A stretch of 64,000 bases of DNA from Candidatus Freyarchaeum deiterrae (GTDB lineage: Archaea > Asgardarchaeota > Jordiarchaeia > Jordiarchaeales > Jordiarchaeaceae), in NCBI GenBank assembly GCA_037305845.1, contig CP147778.1, positions 576,001-640,000 on the forward strand, given 5' to 3'. Below, piece after piece: positions 58,339-64,000 of the stretch; position 1 is the stretch's first letter, and each line of letters starts with the position of its first letter. Position numbers and translations under genes: made by a program. Under the pieces are notes generated by a model that was not told the origin of the DNA, searched no databases, and worked only from the letters and a program-made list of their open reading frames with translations.

Positions 58339-58875
58339 CTATATTTAAAATTGTGTTTTGAAGGATTGTCTGGTTGTTTCGTCATCTTGAATCTCAATTT
58401 TCTCTTCTACCACCTTTCATTATCCTACATAATTGGTAGAAGGCTAAAACGGTGAACATTTGGAATGCAAAACCTAATGCAACAGGTAAGGAAAACCAAA
58501 CCCCCAAACAATGTAAGGACTATTCCCAGAAGCAATTGGTAGATTTTTCATCCTAACGAATAGGTTATTGCGATGTTCTTTTTGAATAAAGTATTTGGTT
58601 GACAAAATGTAGGAAGTAAAGAGCAACACTAGAAAAATGGCGATTGTAGACACCATAAGCGGCGTGATTAATGATACATTTGAGCCAACAGGATACAATA
58701 ATATACTCAATGGTTTCTCAGCCAAGCGGATTTTATCAAGTTTATAGCTCTTCTCTTTAGACTTAATGAGAACAGATTTGAGTAATTATTGAATTCTTTT
58801 CTATTGGGACGTATACTTTGTTTAATAATTTGTTGTTGCGTTTTTTAGATAAGCCGTATAATAGAAAATATTGAA

Positions 58876-59166
58876 TTAAACGTTTGATGCCTTTATAGCA
58901 TCCTGAGGTGCCTTTAGGGCATCTTGAATTGTTTTTTCCAATTTTTCTGCTTTGAAAAACTCGGGAAACTTTTCGGTGCCGTTTACCACCAGTCCCTTAC
59001 TACCGATATTGAGTTCTCTGGCTTCCTCCGATGAGGAAGATTTTATATCAAATTCGACCTGGTTTCGGTATTTTGTGAGTACATTAAAAACTCGATCCAT
59101 GAATGCGGAGAATTGACAGGAACAGGAGCCTACGGGAATGAAAATATCTATTTTAACTTTGGACAT
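58876..59166 (-). CDS. Small thioredoxin-like/ArsD-like protein with CxC
   Basis: KIDIFIPVGSCSC...LVVNG fold pattern; GGAGG upstream. Confidence 0.6.
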   Translation of the reverse strand: MSKVKIDIFIPVGSCSCQFSAFMDRVFNVLTKYRNQVEFDIKSSSSEEARELNIGSKGLVVNGTEKFPEFFKAEKLEKTIQDALKAPQDAIKASNV

Positions 59167-59316
59167 AGAACTTTTCCTCCTATTATTTTAAACATAATTT
59201 TTGAACACCGTAAATACATAATTTTTGTTTTGATCATGTCTTGAGAGATTGTGATTTGAGCTCAGCGTCAGCGTTCCGGTTCTTTCTTGTGTTATAATTA
59301 AATTGCAAGTTTTTAA

Positions 59317-59340
59317 ATTTATTGGTATATGACAATATAT
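59317..59340. promoter_or_regulatory. Putative ArsR box D (between the CxC gene and arsR)
   Basis: ATTTATTGGT-ATAT-GACAATATAT, with an overlapping variant at 59335 (ATATATCAAT-AATA-GTAAAATTAC). Confidence 0.45.
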
Positions 59341-59706
59341 CAATAATAGTAAAATTACATACTCTAAACAAAGCAGTATCACTTATTTTGATATATTTAT
59401 ATTTTCTATTTTATTATTTAGGATATGGCTCAGGATCAGAGTTAACCTTTTAGACATCACTGTTCATAGGAGCTATGAATTGTGCGTTGAAGTGCCTGCT
59501 AATTTATATATTCAAAATCTCGAAATCTATGCGAATATTACTATATTTCAATAATTTTATAATAGTCATGTACATTAAATATTATTTAGAGAATAGACAA
59601 AGAAAGATTCGAAAACTCCTATCAGACTATCCTTGCACATATTGTTGAAGACTAGAAAAAATATGTCAATGGGTTAACGCTTGCCTCAAGTTAAGGAGGG
59701 AATTTA

Positions 59707-60036
59707 TTGGCCATCGAGAAATTAATTACGAAAAAAAATGTGGAGTTATTGAAAGCATTAGCAGATGAAACAAGATTGAAAATACTTCAGTTTTTGGGCG
59801 TGGAGGAGAAGTGTCAGTGTGATATTGTCCCTGCTATGGAAAAATCGCAGTCCACAATTTCTCAACACCTTCAAATTCTAACAAATTCGGGAGTTCTGGA
59901 GTACCGAAAAGATGGACAGAGAAGCCTCTACAAATTGAGAGATGAAAGAATACACAAAATAACCGAATTAATTAATAGCATTTCCAAAGATTCCCTTTTA
60001 GAAATATCCAAACTAGCAAAATCAATCAAAAAATAG
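59707..60036 (+). CDS. arsR: ArsR/SmtB repressor with an alpha3 CxC metalloid site
   Basis: KALADETRLKIL, EKCQCDI (compare ELCVCDL) and SQSTISQHL. Confidence 0.9.
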   Translation: MAIEKLITKKNVELLKALADETRLKILQFLGVEEKCQCDIVPAMEKSQSTISQHLQILTNSGVLEYRKDGQRSLYKLRDERIHKITELINSISKDSLLEISKLAKSIKK

Positions 60037-60237
60037 GAAAGAAACGATCTGCTTTACCATCGCTTGAAAAAATGAGCCTTAATAGAGATGGTTTTATCTC
60101 TTTTAGAATTCAATTAATTTAAAAATAAGAATAAAAAAATAAAGGTAGAATATTAATATATTGTATTTCACTATGGGTTTGTAACTCATTAGGCAAGGGG
60201 ATATCTTATTGAAATAACGCGTTTTGTGTAGATGTTT

Positions 60238-60672
60238 TTACGGGGCTTTCACCTATGTGGTGAATTTGTAGTGATGATCCTCTTCTTATTGGAGTATTTG
60301 CTCAAAGAGGAATTTAGTTGTGACATCCTTTTCTTTCGTGGCTACATCGATTATCTTTTTGTACATGTCAATTGCGCTTTGTTCAGCGTTAATGTCCAGT
60401 TTAATCATTTCTTCCAAGTTTTTACCTATGGTGATGGGGGCGGGTTTGGTTGTTGGGTCACCGCCGAGATAGTTGAGTCTTTCCGCGATGCTTTCGGCGT
60501 GTTTCATTTCTTGAATGGCTATCTGTTTTAGTTCCTCAACTATTGCTACACTTATATAGCCGGTGGCCTTTACGTGCTGACACATGTACTGGATAGATAC
60601 TTGTAGTTCTGCGGCTATGGCCTTGTTTAGCCAATCTTTTAACTCCGCACTCGCTAATTCGTCCACCTCCAA
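60238..60672 (-). pseudogene. Ferritin-like (bacterioferritin-type) gene inactivated by nonsense mutations
   Basis: ELQVSIQY and EMKHAE motifs; the frame continues ILQ*(60288-60286)EEDHHYKFTT*(60255-60253)VKAP*, so the stop cuts off the last ExxH helix. Confidence 0.8.
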
Positions 60673-61166
60673 TTCGAAACAAAATTTTTTGTGACTATAT
60701 AGACAAAGTGATACATATAAATAGTCGATTGATTTTCACTAGTGTCTTATTTAATCTTAAACGAGTTATTTTTTATGAATAGGTAAGTATGCGAAATCTA
60801 CCTTGGAAGTCTGCTGAAATAGAGTCAGGTATTGCAAGGGGGAAAAGGAATGCTAGTTTGCTTTGGCAAACTAAGGATTTTTCAAAGAAGGTGAGTAAGT
60901 TTCAGGTACTATTCTTTTCTCGTTCTTAGGTGGAGAGATATAACGGAATTTCTCTGAGGGGCTGAGCATTCAAGGCATGAGAATCTTTTTCATTTTTTTG
61001 TATGATTATAGATTTCATTACACATGTTATAAAGAGGACAGATGGGGTGAAATTAAATCTTTAGATGCGGTATAAGTGTAGGTATGGACCATAAGCGATA
61101 ACCATAAAAGATTTATGGATAAACAGCTTAAAGAATTAGATATGCTGTCAAGCGGTATAGATAGAC

Positions 61167-61598
61167 TTGAGTCTATATAAAAAAAATATTGAATTTAAGG
61201 GGTTAATGAGAATGAGTACGAGTACAAGACCTGTTCCAATAACTTTTTTTACAATAATAGCGCTAATCATGGGCGTGCTTGGAATAGTTGCAAGCATGTT
61301 AATTTTCTTCGTTTATGCAGTGCCTTCTATTACAAATCTATCAACTGACGGGGATGCAACAATTGGGGTAATTGTATTAATCGTGGCTGTGGTCTATCTG
61401 ATTACGAGTTTCGGTCTCTGGATGTTAAAGAACTGGGCAAGACTTTTGATGCTAATCCTCGTTATTCCGACCATTATAGGAAGTTTTTTGGCTCTATTTG
61501 TTTTCCCAATTGGTACTGTGGCAGGAATCATAGGATTTATTTTTTGTATAATAATAGTGGTCTACATGACTGGAGAAGTTAAAGTCTATTTCGGGTAG
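61167..61598 (+). CDS. Four-TM membrane protein, function unknown
   Basis: RPVPIT start, GLWMLKNWAR motif and hydrophobic helices; likely start at MSTSTRP. Confidence 0.7.
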   Translation: MSLYKKNIEFKGLMRMSTSTRPVPITFFTIIALIMGVLGIVASMLIFFVYAVPSITNLSTDGDATIGVIVLIVAVVYLITSFGLWMLKNWARLLMLILVIPTIIGSFLALFVFPIGTVAGIIGFIFCIIIVVYMTGEVKVYFG

Positions 61599-61600
61599 AA

Positions 61601-61922
61601 CTAATAATAAATATAATTATTTTTTTTGTTTTTTATTTTATTACTATGGTTTAGAGAAGTTGCTCCCCATCTATCGTTTGAAGTTATTTTTTTTCTTGAA
61701 TCCACAATTAAAATTAGAGACGGAGTACCAAAAGCATCATCATTTCTAAATTCGCCAGACATGTACGTTCTCGGGTTTAATGCAACAGGGACTACAGGCA
61801 ATCCCTTGTAATCTTGATGCGTGTTTAGGAAATCCGCTCTCCCCGGAGCTGAAGCAATAATATTTGAACCCCCCCCTAGTAAATGGTACCTCTGAGGTTT
61901 TACCAGACGAAGGAATATTCAT
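61601..61922 (-). pseudogene. galK: Truncated, frameshifted galactokinase (GHMP) 5' fragment
   Basis: IASAPGRADFLNTHQDYKGLPVVPVALNPRT is the galactokinase substrate-binding signature; ATG 61922 is out of frame across a G8 run and no ATP-binding domain follows. Confidence 0.75.
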
Positions 61923-61937
61923 TTATAATCCCTTTTT

Positions 61938-62780
61938 CTAGTGCTCTTCGGTTTTTGATTCATAAATTTTCTTCAAGAGCAGTGCGTCAAACTCTATGTT
62001 AGGGCTTTCTGAGATTACAATCCCTTTTATCTTGTAGTCTTTCCAGGATTTTATCAGCTCCTCATAATTTATGTCTGACTCCGCCAGCGTAATGTGTCTT
62101 ATCTCGCCCTTTGGAGAGTATTCTACTCCTGAGATGTGGATGTGCATGTTATCTAGAATTTCCCTTCCCAGACCATTCTCTAATTTACTGAGGACTGATT
62201 CAAAGTGTTGGTATCTGTTTGATTCACCGTTTGTGCGGGCGTTAAGATGCGCAAAGTCAACAGCTGGAAGAACCTGTTCTATTTCTTGGCTCAGTTTTAT
62301 TAGCTCTCCGAGGGTCCCGAATTGACTTTTTTTGCCCGTAGTCTCCGGCCTTATCCAAACATTATTTCCCTCTTCTTGAAGGGCCTTAATAATTGGGGAA
62401 AGATGTTCCTTAACGGTTTTATAAACGGATTCTGGTTTGGCTTCTCCGTAGGTTGCTACGTGAAAGGTTATGGATTTTCCCCCTGCTATCTTGGTGGTTC
62501 TGGCCGTTTTTAGTATTCTGTCGATACTAGCTTTAACAGTTTCTCTTTTGAGAGAGTTTAAATTGATGTAGTAAGGTCCATGAGCTGTGAGGTGAACATT
62601 GTGTTCTTTTGCCACCATTTTTATTTTCTGGGCGAGAGTTTTACTCATTTTTACTCCGTAAACGAATTCAAGTTCCAAAGCATCCAGTCCAAGTTCTCTC
62701 ACTCTTTTTATACCATTTATGGAGCTTTTTTTCTGAGTAGTTATTGGTATTCCAGCTGTGCCGAAAAACAACATCTCCAA
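61938..62780 (-). CDS. nfo: Endonuclease IV-like AP endonuclease (TIM barrel)
   Basis: HGPYYINL, FH, PETTGK..QFG, DFAH, HIHISG and ISESP metal ligands. Confidence 0.9.
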   Translation of the reverse strand: MEMLFFGTAGIPITTQKKSSINGIKRVRELGLDALELEFVYGVKMSKTLAQKIKMVAKEHNVHLTAHGPYYINLNSLKRETVKASIDRILKTARTTKIAGGKSITFHVATYGEAKPESVYKTVKEHLSPIIKALQEEGNNVWIRPETTGKKSQFGTLGELIKLSQEIEQVLPAVDFAHLNARTNGESNRYQHFESVLSKLENGLGREILDNMHIHISGVEYSPKGEIRHITLAESDINYEELIKSWKDYKIKGIVISESPNIEFDALLLKKIYESKTEEH

Positions 62781-63101
62781 TCAACTATCTTCGTTTAAGT
62801 TTTAGAAAATAATTCATTTTATACGAGAATTGGCGCTTGTATTTGTACTGAATTTTTAATCGCAAGAAAACTTTTGAAAGGCGTTAATTATACTTTCTTA
62901 TAAGGTACTAGGAATATTTATTTCTGTATCGTTACAAACAATCACTAAAAATAAAATTTTTAAACCTTCTCAACTTGAAGATGTTATATTAATCTCTAGT
63001 TGTGTAACAAAAAATAGCCTACCATAATATATGGAACAATTTGGAAAACTTTTAAGGCGATAATACATATTTATATTCTAAGGGAAAAAGTGGGTGGTTT
63101 A

Positions 63102-64000
63102 TTGTTCGTAAAGCAAGGTGTCTGTTTCGCTGTCTTTGACGAAAATGAAGGACCAATTTGTGTTCATTTTAAGGGAATTGAAAGACCTATTGCGGAAAAG
63201 ATCGCCTTAAAGAGTATGGTTGCCGCACTATCTTTTAGTCAGCAGGTAGAAGAGGGAGAATCCATAATCCCTCTTCAAGAGGAAAAGCGTAACGCTTTTG
63301 TCTACTATTTCTCTGTAGCCGACGAGAAAGCTAGAGGGAAAGAGAGAGTCGGAACACTCAATTTCGTTGTTAACCGTGAGGACGGTGATGCGCTTTACCG
63401 TTTTGCTCCGATTCTCTTAGAGCACTCGAAAAGAATAGTGCAGGATATTAAAAAATACTATGTTTACAGGCAGCCGATTCCCCAAGTTCTAATGGACAGC
63501 GTGAATAGTATTTTATCAATCGACTTTGAGAGAGTAGCTCTGCCCGTTATTTTTGAAGAATATTTAATTCAAATATATCTCTCTAGGAATACTACTTTTC
63601 ACCGTTCGATTGTGGAAAAAACAAATAGCATTTCTCGGAATGAAGAAATTTTTGGAGACAAAATTGGTATCGTGGGGAGAGACGAGAATCAAAATATTGT
63701 TTGGATACTTCTCTCTTGTAATTTTTCAAAAATGAGTAATGAGCAGAAACAGAAGTTATATGGTGTTATAGATAAACTAGGAAATAATATCCCGTCATTA
63801 GAGGTAACATTTGTTCTTAACGAATTGGGTCTGAGAAAAGACGGCTCATTCGATGAGAAGATGATTGAAAAAATTACCCGAATTTCCAGAACAAAAGAAG
63901 TTGAGGGAAAAGAATTCGACCTATGCGGAACGAACGCTGGTAAAAAAATTGTTTGGGCACTTTTATCGAAAAACTTTCTAGCCATGGACGAATCTGATAT
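63102..64000 (+). CDS. uDENN/longin (folliculin/SMCR8/NPR2-like) domain protein, truncated by the window end and absent from the ORF track
   Basis: Open frame of at least 299 codons from TTG 63102 (or GTG 63090): VCFAVFDENEGP...FVYYFSVADEKARGKERVGTLNFVV. Confidence 0.75.
   Translation, partial: MFVKQGVCFAVFDENEGPICVHFKGIERPIAEKIALKSMVAALSFSQQVEEGESIIPLQEEKRNAFVYYFSVADEKARGKERVGTLNFVVNREDGDALYRFAPILLEHSKRIVQDIKKYYVYRQPIPQVLMDSVNSILSIDFERVALPVIFEEYLIQIYLSRNTTFHRSIVEKTNSISRNEEIFGDKIGIVGRDENQNIVWILLSCNFSKMSNEQKQKLYGVIDKLGNNIPSLEVTFVLNELGLRKDGSFDEKMIEKITRISRTKEVEGKEFDLCGTNAGKKIVWALLSKNFLAMDESD

Noticed and set aside
58474-58725. 83-aa hydrophobic ORF in the island
   Set aside because: It may be a membrane-gene fragment, but it has no identifiable motif or convincing start.
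60253-60288. Pyrrolysine or other stop readthrough in the ferritin-like gene
   Set aside because: The first stop is TAA, which is not recoded, and two different stops point to decay.
60790-61160. Possible degraded gene
   Set aside because: Composition looks coding in patches, but no family could be recognised.
552-63985. The many short antisense or alternative-frame ORFs in the track (for example 24431..24994, 48082..48615, 9945..10388, 63689..63985)
   Set aside because: They overlap well-supported genes and mirror their codon or repeat structure.

Overview
Archaeal 64-kb window, most likely from an Asgard archaeon. That is an inference from two longin-like genes, a uDENN/folliculin-like gene running off the right edge, archaeal TFE, IorAB and ATP-dependent ligase, and many TTG/GTG starts. 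Left to right: a PIN toxin; a stand-alone nurA-herA-like pair divergent from DNA ligase; a peroxiredoxin-like gene with an in-frame TGA exactly at the first Cys of its CxxC motif (probable selenoprotein, split by the ORF track) and a structured 3' region; two TPR genes; a lipid/acyl-CoA cluster (4 tandem acyl-CoA ligases, enoyl-CoA hydratase, Cys-less thiolase-like protein plus DUF35 partner); two large Asn-rich beta-helix surface proteins lying as inverted paralogs about 15 kb apart with near-identical ends; iorAB, glyA, nadE (flanked by duplicated longin genes), gdhA, tfe and alkA; a duplicated ABC-2 exporter operon; and an arsenic-type island. The island holds acr3, arsR, a SPASM radical SAM enzyme, a CxC thioredoxin-like protein and a seven-gene Cys-rich operon: five DGC domains (one fused to a GcvH-like lipoyl carrier), a stand-alone HdrA N-terminal-like domain and a dicluster ferredoxin. 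Four upstream regions in the island share a 24-bp imperfect palindrome, making it my best candidate for an undescribed system. Several pseudogenes and one unannotated Cys-rich microprotein were also read from the DNA. No rRNA, tRNA, CRISPR array or intact transposase was seen. All family calls come from motif recognition by eye, not database searches.
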